The notes: a model not told the origin generated them from the sequence alone. A stretch of DNA of 64,000 nt from Terriglobus sp. (GCF_965201105.1 NZ_OZ241741.1:2577605-2641604), one strand, 5' to 3'. Positions 11,252-22,904 are shown, counted from the first letter of the stretch. Translations and numbers: made by a program.

Positions 11252-11727
11252 TCGACACTCCCGTCCAAATGGGCATTGCGGCGCAGCAGACAGCCGCGAT
11301 CCATCTACACATACCTGTAGCCTCGATGCGTGACGAGTTTCCTAAAGCAATCGCAGAGTTGTTTGACGCGCTGCGTCAGCAAAGTCTCACCGCTGCCGGT
11401 CCAGTCTTCGCACATCACTTCCGCCGCCCTACCGACAGCTTTGACTTCAATCTTTGCGTTCCGGTCGAGCATCCCGTTCAGGCGGTTGGCCGTGTGGAAC
11501 CGGTCGCAATGCCTTCCCTTCCCGTTCTCCGCACCACGTACCACGGGGACTATGCAGGCCTGCCTCACGCGTGGGGCGAGTTCATCGCGAGCATTCCGGC
11601 AGAGGCGCCGGCGCTGCGCGGCGACTTCATCGAGGCTTACGTCGTCGGGCCACACGACGGCGTTTCACCAGCGGAGTGGCGCACCGATCTGAGCGTCATC
11701 CTCACCACAGACGAAAGGCAGGCGTAA
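11248..11727 (+). CDS. GyrI-like / effector-binding-domain-like small protein
   Basis: ATG at 11248 overlaps the leuC stop (ATGA), and its own stop abuts the leuD GTG. The 159-aa product has the layout of GyrI-like (SbmC/AraC effector-binding) proteins (...AGPVFAHHF...[19 protein letters not shown]...EAYV). Assigned by resemblance only. Confidence 0.55.
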
Positions 11728-12372
11728 GTGGAGCCCATCAACATCCTCACCAGCAAAGCCGTGCCGCTGCCGCTGCCCAACATCGACACCGACCAGATCA
11801 TCCCCAAGCAATTCCTCAAGCGCATCGAGCGCACGGGCTATGGCGACTTCCTCTTCTTCGACTGGCGCTACGACCTGGGCACCGGTTCCGGTCTCAGTGA
11901 ACAACTCATGCCGAAGCGTGACTTCGTGCTGAACCAGCCGGAGTACAAGGGCGCAAAAATCCTGATCGCCGAAAAGAATTTCGCCTGCGGCTCCTCCCGC
12001 GAGCACGCCGCTTGGGCCATTCAGCAGTACGGCTTCCGCTGCGTCATCGCTCCCACCTTCGCCGACATCTTCTACTCCAACGCGGGCAAGAACGGCATCA
12101 TCCTCGTGCGCCTCGACGACGACAAGGTCGAGACACTCCTGCAGCGCTCGACCGAGAACCCCGATCACCAAATCACCATCAATCTCGAACACCAGACCGT
12201 CGTCGACGATCAGGGCTTCCACGCCCGCTTCGAGATCGACCCCTTCCGCAAATATTGCCTGCTCCACGGCCTCGATGACATCGGCCTCACCCTGCGCCAC
12301 ACCGACGCACTCGACGCCTTCGAAACGAAGCACAACGCAGAGTTCTGGTCCGCACCGAAAGCCAGCGCATGA
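11728..12372 (+). CDS. leuD: 3-isopropylmalate dehydratase small subunit
   Basis: LPLPNIDTDQIIPKQFLKRIERTGYG..., GKNFACGSSREHAAWAI... and a 214-aa length match the aconitase swivel domain. Confidence 0.93.
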   Translation: MEPINILTSKAVPLPLPNIDTDQIIPKQFLKRIERTGYGDFLFFDWRYDLGTGSGLSEQLMPKRDFVLNQPEYKGAKILIAEKNFACGSSREHAAWAIQQYGFRCVIAPTFADIFYSNAGKNGIILVRLDDDKVETLLQRSTENPDHQITINLEHQTVVDDQGFHARFEIDPFRKYCLLHGLDDIGLTLRHTDALDAFETKHNAEFWSAPKASA

Positions 12373-12902
12373 AGACGTTTGTCACAGCGTCGCTTGCCTG
12401 CGCCTTGTTCAGCCTATGGACCTTTTATGTGGGAGCGCAGGCGACAACGCCTGCGCTCCCACCCGCGCCACTACCAGCAATGCTCAGCCACGCGCAAAGC
12501 GTCTTCATCGGTAACGCCGGCGATCAGGAAAACGCGGACTGCCTTCGCGCCTACAACGGCTTTTTTGCGGGCGTCGATGCGCTACATCAGTTCAAGCTCG
12601 TCGCCGATCCATTGGACGCAGACCTCGTTGTTGAGCTGCATTACGAGATCAGCCTCGCAGGCTCACGAGTGAGCGGCGAAGATTCGTCTCGCCAATTTCG
12701 CGCCGTGCTGATCGATCGCAAAACACACATCGTGGTCTGGTCGCTCACGGAACAGAGCAACTACGCTCACTTTCAAAAAAATCGCGACAAAAACTTAGAC
12801 ACCGTAGTTGCTGCGCTCGTCCACGACTTCGCGGCACTCGTTTCCTCACAACCCGCGCCACCCGACAACAAATCGAAAGCGCACCGCGGCATTGGTCGGT
12901 AG
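12369..12902 (+). CDS. Secreted hypothetical protein
   Basis: ATG overlaps the leuD stop (ATGA). Signal peptide MKTFVTASLACALFSLWTFYVGAQA. 177 aa; no recognisable domain. Confidence 0.6.
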   Translation: MKTFVTASLACALFSLWTFYVGAQATTPALPPAPLPAMLSHAQSVFIGNAGDQENADCLRAYNGFFAGVDALHQFKLVADPLDADLVVELHYEISLAGSRVSGEDSSRQFRAVLIDRKTHIVVWSLTEQSNYAHFQKNRDKNLDTVVAALVHDFAALVSSQPAPPDNKSKAHRGIGR

Positions 12903-12934
12903 ACAGGCCGACCGGAACACAAGTAGAGAAAACA

Positions 12935-14632
12935 TTGGCAAACGAACTCGATCCCGGCAAACGCAACAGCACCGTCCTCACCGAAGGTCCATCCCGCGCG
13001 GCCGCGCGTTCCTACCTGCGCGGCGTCGGCTTCAGCAAGGAAGACCTGCACAAACCCATCATCGGCATCGCCAACACGTGGACGGAGATCGGCCCCTGCA
13101 ACTTCCATTTGCGCCAGGTCGCCGACGCCGTGAAGCAAGGCATCCGCGAAGCTGGCGGCACACCCATGGAATTCAACACCGTCACCATCTCCGACGGCAT
13201 CACCATGGGCACCGAGGGCATGAAGGCCTCGCTCATCTCGCGCGAGGTCATCGCCGATTCCATCGAGCTCGTCACGCGCGGCAACAGCTTCGACGGCCTG
13301 GTCTGCATCGCGGGCTGCGACAAAAACATGCCCGCCTCCGTCATGGCGCTCGCGCGGCTCGACATCCCCGGCCTCATGCTCTACGGCGGCAGCATCGCGC
13401 CGGGCCAACTGCGCCAGCCCGACGGCACCAGCAAAGAGATCACCATCCTGAACGTCTTTGAGGGCATGGGGTCGCACGCCGCGGGCAAGATCGACGACGA
13501 CGAACTCGAGGCACTCGAAGCCGCCGCCTGCCCCGGCCCCGGCGCCTGCGGCGGTCAGTTCACCGCCAACACCATGGCCATGGCCGGCGAGTTCCTCGGC
13601 ATCAGTCCCATGGAGATCACGGGCGTTCCCGCCATGTCGCCGGAAAAGGCGAACGCCTCGCGCGAGGCCGGCCGCCTCGTCATGGACCTGGTCCGCAAAA
13701 ACATCAAGCCCTCACAGATCCTCACGCGCGAGTCTCTGGAAAACGCCATCACCGCCGTCTGCGCCTCGGGTGGTTCCACCAACGCCGTGCTGCACCTGAT
13801 CGCCATCGCGCACGAGCTCCAGATCCCGCTCACCATGGAGGACTTCGACCACATCTCCGAGTGCACCCCGTTCATCTGCGACCTGTCACCCGGCGGCAAG
13901 TACAACGCAACCGACTACCAGAAGGCAGGCGGCTCGCGCGTCCTCGCGCAACGCCTCATCGAGCGTAACCAGCTGCACGACAACATTACGGTCAGCGGCA
14001 GGACCCTGCGCGAAGAAGCCAGCACCGCGCACGAAACACCGGGCCAACCCGTCATTCGCACCTGGGACAACCCGCTCAAGCCCACCGGCGGACTCGTCAT
14101 CTTGCGCGGCAACCTCGCGCCCGAAGGCTGCGTGGTCAAGGTCGCCGGCCACGAGCGCATCCACCACACCGGCCCCGCGCGCGTCTTCGACTCCGAGGAC
14201 CTCTGCTTCGCCGCCGTCGAGCGTGGCGACATCAAGCCGAACGACGTCTGCGTGATCCGTTACGAAGGTCCGCGCGGCGGCCCCGGCATGCGCGAGATGC
14301 TCGCCGTCACCGCCGCCATCAAGGGCATCCCCGAGCTCTCCGAAACCGTGGCCCTGCTCACCGACGGCCGCTTCTCCGGTGCCACGCGCGGCCTCATGGC
14401 CGGCCACGTCGCCCCCGAAGCCCAACTCGGCGGCCCCATCGCCGCCGTCCGCGAAGGCGACCAGATTACCTTCGACATCCCCAACCGCACCCTCAACGTA
14501 AACATCAGCGACTACGAACTCGCCACCCGGCTCCAGGATTTCCAAGCACCCGAGCCCCGCTACAAACGCGGCGTCTTCGCCAAATACACCGCCACCGTAG
14601 GCAGTGCCAGCCAAGGCGCGGTGACCTCGTGA
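12935..14632 (+). CDS. ilvD: Dihydroxy-acid dehydratase
   Basis: TTG start. ...IGIANTWTEIGPCNFHL..., CDKNMP..., GACGGQFTANTM..., LLTDGRFSGATRG and a 565-aa length match the IlvD/Edd family. Confidence 0.95.
   Translation: MANELDPGKRNSTVLTEGPSRAAARSYLRGVGFSKEDLHKPIIGIANTWTEIGPCNFHLRQVADAVKQGIREAGGTPMEFNTVTISDGITMGTEGMKASLISREVIADSIELVTRGNSFDGLVCIAGCDKNMPASVMALARLDIPGLMLYGGSIAPGQLRQPDGTSKEITILNVFEGMGSHAAGKIDDDELEALEAAACPGPGACGGQFTANTMAMAGEFLGISPMEITGVPAMSPEKANASREAGRLVMDLVRKNIKPSQILTRESLENAITAVCASGGSTNAVLHLIAIAHELQIPLTMEDFDHISECTPFICDLSPGGKYNATDYQKAGGSRVLAQRLIERNQLHDNITVSGRTLREEASTAHETPGQPVIRTWDNPLKPTGGLVILRGNLAPEGCVVKVAGHERIHHTGPARVFDSEDLCFAAVERGDIKPNDVCVIRYEGPRGGPGMREMLAVTAAIKGIPELSETVALLTDGRFSGATRGLMAGHVAPEAQLGGPIAAVREGDQITFDIPNRTLNVNISDYELATRLQDFQAPEPRYKRGVFAKYTATVGSASQGAVTS
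14618..14632 (+). repeat. Left copy of 15-bp direct repeat GCGGTGACCTCGTGA
   Basis: Identical 15-mer at 15538-15552. Covers the last codons and stop of ilvD and the GTG start of the inserted ORF. Confidence 0.9.
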
Positions 14633-15552
14633 CTTTGAACGAAGTGGCATCAAGCAGCGCCAAACTTCTTCTCAAGTCCGAGTACGGACCGATTTCGTCT
14701 TATTGGCCCGTGGTCGCCTTCAGTCAGGCTAGCTTTGAAACGCAGATACGACGTAACTATCAGACCGGAAGAGACTTCGTCGTTTATTTGGGCACGAAAG
14801 ATGAAAAAACAATCAAGCGTGAAGATCGAGGTGCGCTGCTGTCCGTCGTCGAGATCGACACTACTCGCACTTACGACACCTACAACCACATCTCGCCGGA
14901 TGCAAAAGCTTGGGCTTCAAAAGACTACCCTGGCCAGTGGTTGAGGTGCTTTCGGGCTCTTCGCGCATTTGACCTTCCTTCTCGTCCTATTGCCGATCAA
15001 CTTCTGCCCAATACGAATCGCAATATGTGGCACGTTCCTTTTCGCGAGGTCATTGACCAAGACCGAATGGCTCTATTAGCCCTGCCCGTCTTACCTGTTC
15101 CGAATATCGATGTTTTTGCCAGATCTCATAAACCTATCGACGTAACAGACTTGTTGCGTTCTGAGAACAAGCTTGCCAGCCAAGAAGCTGTTCGGCTGGC
15201 TGATCTTGTCATGAACCGCGTAATGACATCTGGCGAACTGGTCCAACATCGCGCTCCTCTACGGACAGCGCCGACTGACCTTCAGATCCAAATACTTTCT
15301 CTGCTCTTGCGGAAGCCCCTGCTCTGCTCACTCTGCAATGGGGAGATGCCACTCTCAACGGAAAACAAGCTCTTAAGAATCTCTGGAGATCGAAAGGACA
15401 GTTCACTTGGCGATTACGGACCCGACAACTACCAACTTGTTCATCTAGGCTGCAATTTCGCAAAAAACAACGCTACCGAGGAACAATTTCGGAATTGGCT
15501 AGAGATCGCGAGCATTCACCTGCAAAGAACGGTCGTGGCGGTGACCTCGTGA
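14629..15552 (+). CDS. Low-GC hypothetical protein with C-terminal degenerate HNH/His-Me-finger-like motif
   Basis: 307-aa ORF at about 50% G+C (hand counts) against mid/high 60s in the flanks. C-terminus CSLCNGEM...SGDRKDSSLGDYGPDNYQLVHLGCNFAKNN. Start and stop both lie in GTGA overlaps. The nuclease assignment is tentative. Confidence 0.7.
   Translation: MTLNEVASSSAKLLLKSEYGPISSYWPVVAFSQASFETQIRRNYQTGRDFVVYLGTKDEKTIKREDRGALLSVVEIDTTRTYDTYNHISPDAKAWASKDYPGQWLRCFRALRAFDLPSRPIADQLLPNTNRNMWHVPFREVIDQDRMALLALPVLPVPNIDVFARSHKPIDVTDLLRSENKLASQEAVRLADLVMNRVMTSGELVQHRAPLRTAPTDLQIQILSLLLRKPLLCSLCNGEMPLSTENKLLRISGDRKDSSLGDYGPDNYQLVHLGCNFAKNNATEEQFRNWLEIASIHLQRTVVAVTS
15538..15552 (+). repeat. Right copy of 15-bp direct repeat GCGGTGACCTCGTGA
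   Basis: Identical to 14618-14632. Covers the last codons and stop of the inserted ORF and the GTG start of the TPR-like gene. Confidence 0.9.
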
Positions 15553-16121
15553 TCGAGCAACTCAAATCGCTTCTGCACAACGCCGCGCACCTCCGCAAAT
15601 CCGGCGAGGCCGCTGAGGCCGAGCGCCTCTACAAAGAAGCCGCTGCGCAGGCCGAGGCTGACCAGGCCGTCGAGCGTGCCGAGGCCCTCGCTGGCCTCGC
15701 ACAGACCCGCCGCGACGCCGGCGACCGCACCGGTGCTGCCATCTACTACGCCGAGGCCATCACCCTCGCGCGCGCGGCGAATGACGATCGCATGCTGGCC
15801 TACGCTCTGCGTCACGCTGCCGACGTTCGCAGCGAATTGCATGAGTATGCCGTAGCCTTCTCGCACATCGACGAGGCCATTCGCCTGTACCGCGCCCTGC
15901 TCACCACAGAGCAGCCGCCGACCCTCGATCTCGCGAACGCACTTCGCGTCTCCGCCCTCAACAATGAGCGCGCCGCGTGCGCCGCATGGCACGAGACTCG
16001 CACTCTGTACGCTGCCGTAGCTTCGGGCGACACAGCCGACGATGCGGGCGTGCGGGAATCGGCGGCGCACCTCCATAATCTTTCAGAACATCACGCTGCA
16101 CATTGTGAGGCCAAATCATGA
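15549..16121 (+). CDS. TPR-like helical repeat protein
   Basis: GTG at 15549 (GTGA overlap), GC-rich, 190 aa. Repeated Ala-rich helical hairpins (AERLYKEAAAQAE..., AIYYAEAITLARAAND..., IDEAIRLYRAL). Its stop overlaps the ilvB ATG (ATGA). Confidence 0.55.
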   Translation: MIEQLKSLLHNAAHLRKSGEAAEAERLYKEAAAQAEADQAVERAEALAGLAQTRRDAGDRTGAAIYYAEAITLARAANDDRMLAYALRHAADVRSELHEYAVAFSHIDEAIRLYRALLTTEQPPTLDLANALRVSALNNERAACAAWHETRTLYAAVASGDTADDAGVRESAAHLHNLSEHHAAHCEAKS

Positions 16122-17923
16122 CGGACACACACACAGCATCCGCGAACTCCGCACCCACACTTACCGGCGCCGAAATCCTCTGGGCCACGCTCGCCGGCGA
16201 GGGCGTGACCACCGTCTTCGGCTACCCCGGCGGCGCGATCCTTCCCGCCTACGACGCCTTGCGCAAGTTCCCCACCATCCACCATGTGCTTGTGCGGCAT
16301 GAGCAAGGCGCGGCGCACATGGCCGACGGCTATGCACGCGCCTCGGGTCGCGTTGGCGTGTGCGTCGCCACCAGCGGCCCGGGCGCGACGAACCTGGTCA
16401 CCGGCCTCGCCACCGCGATGCTCGATTCCATCCCGGTCGTCGCGATTACTGGCCAGGTCGCCAGCAGAGTGCTCGGAACCGATGCCTTCCAGGAAATCGA
16501 CATCACCGGCATCACGCTGCCGATCACCAAGCACAACTTCGTCGCCACCCGCGCGGAAGAGATCGCGCCCATGCTGCGCCAGGCCTTTCAAATCGCGCAG
16601 TCCGGCCGCCCCGGCCCTGTTCTGGTCGACATCACCAAGGATGCGCAGCAGGGCACCACGCTCTTCGACTTTGATCACGCCGCGCCGAAACCTTACCGCC
16701 CGCACCCTATGCTGCGTTCCGAGTCCACCGAAATGCAGCGCGCGATCGAACTCATGCGCGCCTCCACGCGGCCCGTCATCCTCGCGGGCCACGGCATCAT
16801 TCAGTCCGAAGCCGAAGCCGAGGTCATCGCCTTTGCCGAACGCCACAACATCCCCGTCGCCACCACGCTGCTTGGCCTGGGCGCCTTCCCTGCATCGCAC
16901 CCGCTCGCGCTCGGCATGATGGGCATGCACGGCGAGTCGTGGGTGAACCATGCGATCCAGCAAGCCGATCTGCTGCTCGCCTTTGGCATGCGCTTCGACG
17001 ACCGCGTGACCGGCAACCTCCTCCACTACGCACCCAACGCGAAGAAGATCCACATCGAAATCGATCCCAGCGAGATCAACAAGAACGTCAAGGTCGATGT
17101 CGCGCTCATCGGCGACTTGAAGCAGGTGCTGCGGACCATCGCACCGCTCATGGACCAGACTTCAGGTGCTCCACGTTCGGCGCAGCCTAACGTGGGATCG
17201 GATGACCCAACCGGCCCATGGCGTGAAGAGATCCGCGCGATGAAGGGTGACGCCAGCGTTCGCGATATCCTCGCCTTGCCCGACAACGGCCACCTCTACG
17301 CCGCGCACGTCATCCACGACATCTGGCAGGAGGCCTCTGCCGCAGGCCGCCTGAACGAAACGATCATCGCGACCGACGTGGGCCAGCACCAGATGTGGGA
17401 GGCGCAGTACTTTCGCCACGAAGTCACGCGCACGCTCATCACCTCCGGCGGCCTGGGCACCATGGGCTTCGCCCTGCCCGCGGCCATCGGCGCAAAGATG
17501 GCCTCTCCCGAAAAAGATGTCTGGGTCATCGCCGGTGATGGCGGCTTCCAAATGACCGCGGCCGAGCTTTCCACCATCCAGCAGGAGGGCCTGCACATCA
17601 ACATCGCCGTCATCAACAACGGTTTCCTCGGCATGGTGCGCCAGTGGCAGGAGGCGTTCTACGACAAGAACTACTCGTGCTCGCCCATCCTCTCGCCCGA
17701 CTTCGTCAAGCTCGCCGACGCTCATGGCATCCCCGGCGCACACGTGACCGAACGCAGCGAAGTCAAGCCCACCGTCACGCGCGCCCGCACCGGCTCGGGC
17801 TCGTTTCTGATCAACTTCGCCGTCGAAAAAGAAGACGGCGTCTACCCCATGATCGCGCCCGGCTCCGCCCTGCACGAAATGGTCCGCCGCCCCAACCCGC
17901 TGATCGAAACGAGCGAGGACTAA
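16118..17923 (+). CDS. ilvB: Acetolactate synthase large subunit (biosynthetic type)
   Basis: GAEILWATLAGEGVTTVFGYPGGAILPAYDAL..., GPGATNLVTGLATA..., GGLGTMGFALPAAIGAK..., GDGGFQM and a 601-aa length match ThDP-dependent AHAS. Confidence 0.95.
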   Translation: MTDTHTASANSAPTLTGAEILWATLAGEGVTTVFGYPGGAILPAYDALRKFPTIHHVLVRHEQGAAHMADGYARASGRVGVCVATSGPGATNLVTGLATAMLDSIPVVAITGQVASRVLGTDAFQEIDITGITLPITKHNFVATRAEEIAPMLRQAFQIAQSGRPGPVLVDITKDAQQGTTLFDFDHAAPKPYRPHPMLRSESTEMQRAIELMRASTRPVILAGHGIIQSEAEAEVIAFAERHNIPVATTLLGLGAFPASHPLALGMMGMHGESWVNHAIQQADLLLAFGMRFDDRVTGNLLHYAPNAKKIHIEIDPSEINKNVKVDVALIGDLKQVLRTIAPLMDQTSGAPRSAQPNVGSDDPTGPWREEIRAMKGDASVRDILALPDNGHLYAAHVIHDIWQEASAAGRLNETIIATDVGQHQMWEAQYFRHEVTRTLITSGGLGTMGFALPAAIGAKMASPEKDVWVIAGDGGFQMTAAELSTIQQEGLHINIAVINNGFLGMVRQWQEAFYDKNYSCSPILSPDFVKLADAHGIPGAHVTERSEVKPTVTRARTGSGSFLINFAVEKEDGVYPMIAPGSALHEMVRRPNPLIETSED

Positions 17924-17926
17924 AGC

Positions 17927-18454
17927 ATGCGCAAGCTCATCACGATGGTCACCCTGCTTGGATATCCGCTCATGACGCACGCGCAAGCGGCACTGCAGGC
18001 TGGAACCGCGGATGCCACGACGCAGCAGCCGGAGATGCAGCAACGCAAGCCCTTCGGTGCCGAGGACACCACCACCATCCACATTCGCCTGCTGAATGGC
18101 AAGACCGGTCAGCCCATCGTGGACAAGGAGATCTTTCTCGAACGCAACAAGACGCACCTGATGTCGCATGCCGAAGAGCGCGACATCAAGACGGACGATG
18201 CCGGCCTTGCCGAAGCAACCGTCGCGAAGACCGGCGACATCCTGAACCCGATCGTGGTCGACTACAAATCCTGCACACCACGCACAAAGCACGGCAACGA
18301 CACCGAAAAATCCGAGCGCTTTCCCATCGCGCAGATACTTACCAATGGCGTCGTCGCACAGAACACCTGCGGCAAAACAACGCGATCACCCCAACCCGGC
18401 GAACTCACGCTGTACTACCGCACCATGAACGTCTTTGAACGCATCACCGACTGA
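17927..18454 (+). CDS. Secreted hypothetical protein
   Basis: Starts 4 nt after the ilvB stop. Signal peptide MRKLITMVTLLGYPLMTHAQA. 175 aa; no nameable domain. Confidence 0.55.
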   Translation: MRKLITMVTLLGYPLMTHAQAALQAGTADATTQQPEMQQRKPFGAEDTTTIHIRLLNGKTGQPIVDKEIFLERNKTHLMSHAEERDIKTDDAGLAEATVAKTGDILNPIVVDYKSCTPRTKHGNDTEKSERFPIAQILTNGVVAQNTCGKTTRSPQPGELTLYYRTMNVFERITD

Positions 18455-18476
18455 TAGAGCACAGCGAAGCGGCCGA

Positions 18477-18508
18477 CTTGCTGACTCGCTGACTCGCTGA
18501 CTCGCTGG
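18477..18508 (-). repeat. Repeat family C: tandem octamer CTGACTCG x3 (rc GTCAGCGAGTCAGC...)
   Basis: CTTGCTGACTCGCTGACTCGCTGACTCGCTGG in the gap before ilvN. Related to 33125-33155 and 33814-33843. Confidence 0.8.
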
Positions 18509-18514
18509 AGCCCC

Positions 18515-19141
18515 ATGCTGCACACCTTTATCGCACTCGTTGACAACAAGCCCGGCGTGCTCACGCGCGTCGCTTCGCTCTTCCGCCGGCTCAATATCAA
18601 CATCGCCTCGCTCACCGTGGGCGAGACCGAAAGCGAAGACGTTTCGCGCATGACGATCGTCTGCGAGGCGGCGGAGAACGCCGCGCACCGCATCCGCGCC
18701 TCACTCTACAAGCTTGAGATCACGCGCGAGGTCGACGAGGTCGGCCGCGCCGAGGCCGTCGTGCGCGAACTCTGCCTGATCAAGGTCGCCGCCGGCCCGC
18801 AATCGCCGCACGGCATCCAGTCGCGCACACAGATTTTCGAGCTCAGCAACGTCTTCCGCGCCCGCGTCGTCGATCTCGCACCCGACAGCATCATGCTCGA
18901 AATGACCGGCTCCTCCTCCAAAATCGAGGGTCTCATCCAGGTCCTGCGCGAGTCTAGTTACGAAATCCTCGAAGTCAGCCGCACCGGTCGCATGGCCATG
19001 CGTCGCGGCGCACACTCGACCCGCGTCATGCGCGCCCTCGGCAGCAAAAATCATCAGCAAACCTTCGACGACACGGCCGACCCCGACGCGCTCGACCCCA
19101 TGAACACGCTTCCCAATCAGTTCGCAGACCACGAGGCGTAA
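18515..19141 (+). CDS. ilvN: Acetolactate synthase small (regulatory) subunit
   Basis: MLHTFIALVDNKPGVLTRVASLFRRLNINIASLTVGETE...SRMTIV is the ACT domain of IlvH/IlvN. The 208-aa product has a C-terminal extension. Confidence 0.9.
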   Translation: MLHTFIALVDNKPGVLTRVASLFRRLNINIASLTVGETESEDVSRMTIVCEAAENAAHRIRASLYKLEITREVDEVGRAEAVVRELCLIKVAAGPQSPHGIQSRTQIFELSNVFRARVVDLAPDSIMLEMTGSSSKIEGLIQVLRESSYEILEVSRTGRMAMRRGAHSTRVMRALGSKNHQQTFDDTADPDALDPMNTLPNQFADHEA

Positions 19142-19146
19142 AGCTA

Positions 19147-21212
<2,066 letters not shown>

Positions 21213-21245
21213 CCTTCACACCTGTTTACGGGCGTAAGCTTTGTT

Positions 21246-21280
21246 GTCATCCCGTAGCGTAGCGAAGGGATCTGCTTTCT
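21246..21280 (+). repeat. Repeat family A copy
   Basis: GTCATCCCGTAGCGTAGCGAAGGGATCTGCTTTCT just after ilvC. The stem ATCCC/GGGAT differs from ATCCT/AGGAT of other copies but still pairs. Confidence 0.8.
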
Positions 21281-21342
21281 CCCGCAGCGGCAACACCGCA
21301 CACGGCAGAAGCAGGTCCTTTCCCTGTCCGCATCCAATCAAC

Positions 21343-22380
21343 ATGCTCGCAAAATCCCTGCAGCTCACCAGCGACTTCTCGATCGACGCTCTCGAATACC
21401 GCGAAACCAACATCCCTGAACCACAAGCAGACGAAGTCCTTGTCCGCATCCGCGCCGTTTCCCTGAACTACCGCGACTTGATGGTCGTGCGCGGACACTA
21501 CAACCCGCGCGTGCAAAAGCCGCTCACGCTCTGCTCCGACGCCGCAGGCGAAATCGCCGCCATCGGCAGCAACGTAACCGGCCTCAAGGAAGGCGACCGC
21601 GTCGTGACTAGCTTCTTCCTCGACTGGAACGACGGCCCGATCCAAAGCAACAATCCATGGCCTTCCGCGCTTGGCGAAGCACAGCAGGGCGTGCTCACCG
21701 ACTATCGCGTGCTACCCTCCCACTCCCTCGTCAAAATCCCAGACAGCCTCAGCTTCGCAGCGGCAAGCACGCTGCCCTGCGCTGGCGTCACCGCCTGGAA
21801 CGCGCTCACACGCTTTCAACCCATCACCGGAGACAGCACGGTCCTCTTGCAGGGCACCGGCGGCGTCAGCATCTTCGGCCTTCAGATCGCGTATGCGCTC
21901 GGTGCCCGCACCATCCTGACCAGTTCGTCCGACGAAAAGCTGGCCCGCGCCCGCACGCTCGGCGCCGACGAGACCATCAACTATCGCACCACGCCCGAGT
22001 GGGACCGCGCCGTGCGCTACCTTACCGGCAAACGCGGCGTCACGCACGTGCTGGAGGTCGGCGGCGCGGGCACCATGCCACTCTCCATTCGCGCGGCAGC
22101 ACCCGGCGGCCTCGTCGCCCTCATCGGTGTCCTGTCCGGCACGGAGCAACCGCTCAATCTTTTGCCGCTGCTCATGCACAGCCTTCAACTGCAGGGAATT
22201 CATGTCGGCTCAACTGTCATGCTGCGCGACCTCGTGCAGTTCTACACAGAACATCAGCTCAAGCCGGTGGTCGACAGGACCTTCCTATTCACAGAGGCAC
22301 AGCAGGCCCTGCGCGCTCTCGAAGGGGCCGGCCACTTCGGTAAGCTCGTCATCACGCTCGACGACAGCGCATCCAACTAG
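21343..22380 (+). CDS. Zinc-type alcohol dehydrogenase-like / NADPH:quinone oxidoreductase (MDR superfamily)
   Basis: ATG at 21343. ...EVLVRIRAVSLNYRDLMVVRGHY..., GDRV... and LLQGTGGVSIFGLQIA (Rossmann GxGxxG). 345 aa. Confidence 0.85.
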   Translation: MLAKSLQLTSDFSIDALEYRETNIPEPQADEVLVRIRAVSLNYRDLMVVRGHYNPRVQKPLTLCSDAAGEIAAIGSNVTGLKEGDRVVTSFFLDWNDGPIQSNNPWPSALGEAQQGVLTDYRVLPSHSLVKIPDSLSFAAASTLPCAGVTAWNALTRFQPITGDSTVLLQGTGGVSIFGLQIAYALGARTILTSSSDEKLARARTLGADETINYRTTPEWDRAVRYLTGKRGVTHVLEVGGAGTMPLSIRAAAPGGLVALIGVLSGTEQPLNLLPLLMHSLQLQGIHVGSTVMLRDLVQFYTEHQLKPVVDRTFLFTEAQQALRALEGAGHFGKLVITLDDSASN

Positions 22381-22383
22381 CCT

Positions 22384-22842
22384 ATGCGCCTCCGCACGGC
22401 TGCCCTGCTCATCGCGCTCGGTGCTCTAACCTCTTCCATGACCAGCTTCGCCCAGAATCGCGCCACCTTAAACGCACTGCGCGACACCGCGCGCCTGCTG
22501 CTCATCTTTGCCGGTGCGAACGACGCCCGTGCCCAGCAGCAGCTTTCCGATCTCGCCGCACATGCAGCCGAAGTCCGCGACCGCGACATGCGCGTGATTG
22601 TCATGAACATCGTGCCCTCCCACACTTCGAACGATTCCGCTCTTCCGCAATCCACCTTTGCACCAGAGGAAGAGGCCTACGCCCGCCAACGCTTCCATGT
22701 CGGGCTGAATGAGTTCGCCGTAGTCCTGGTCGGCAAGGACGGCGGTGAGAAGCTTCGCTCCTCCAACCCCATCCCATGGCAGAAGCTCGCCTCCACCATC
22801 GACGCCATGCCCATGCGGAAAGAGGAAGCAAAGCAGAGGTAA
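22384..22842 (+). CDS. Secreted DUF4174-like protein
   Basis: Signal peptide LLIALGALTSSMTSFAQ. RLLLIFAG..., FAVVLVGKDGGEKLR and IDAMPMR resemble DUF4174. Confidence 0.65.
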   Translation: MRLRTAALLIALGALTSSMTSFAQNRATLNALRDTARLLLIFAGANDARAQQQLSDLAAHAAEVRDRDMRVIVMNIVPSHTSNDSALPQSTFAPEEEAYARQRFHVGLNEFAVVLVGKDGGEKLRSSNPIPWQKLASTIDAMPMRKEEAKQR

Positions 22843-22904
22843 ATCGTACTCACAGGAAACAGTTCCCGCCCCGCGTTCGTTACATTGGAAGCAGGAGGTG
22901 CACG

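Noticed and set aside
16091-18292. 320-aa and 376-aa minus-strand ORFs
   Set aside because: They are antisense to ilvB, which has strong ThDP-enzyme motifs. Low-complexity Arg/Gly/Asp composition and no motifs.
18477-18508. Possible CRISPR-like periodic repeat
   Set aside because: The units are contiguous 8-mers with no spacers, only three copies, and there are no cas genes. It is a microsatellite, not a CRISPR array.
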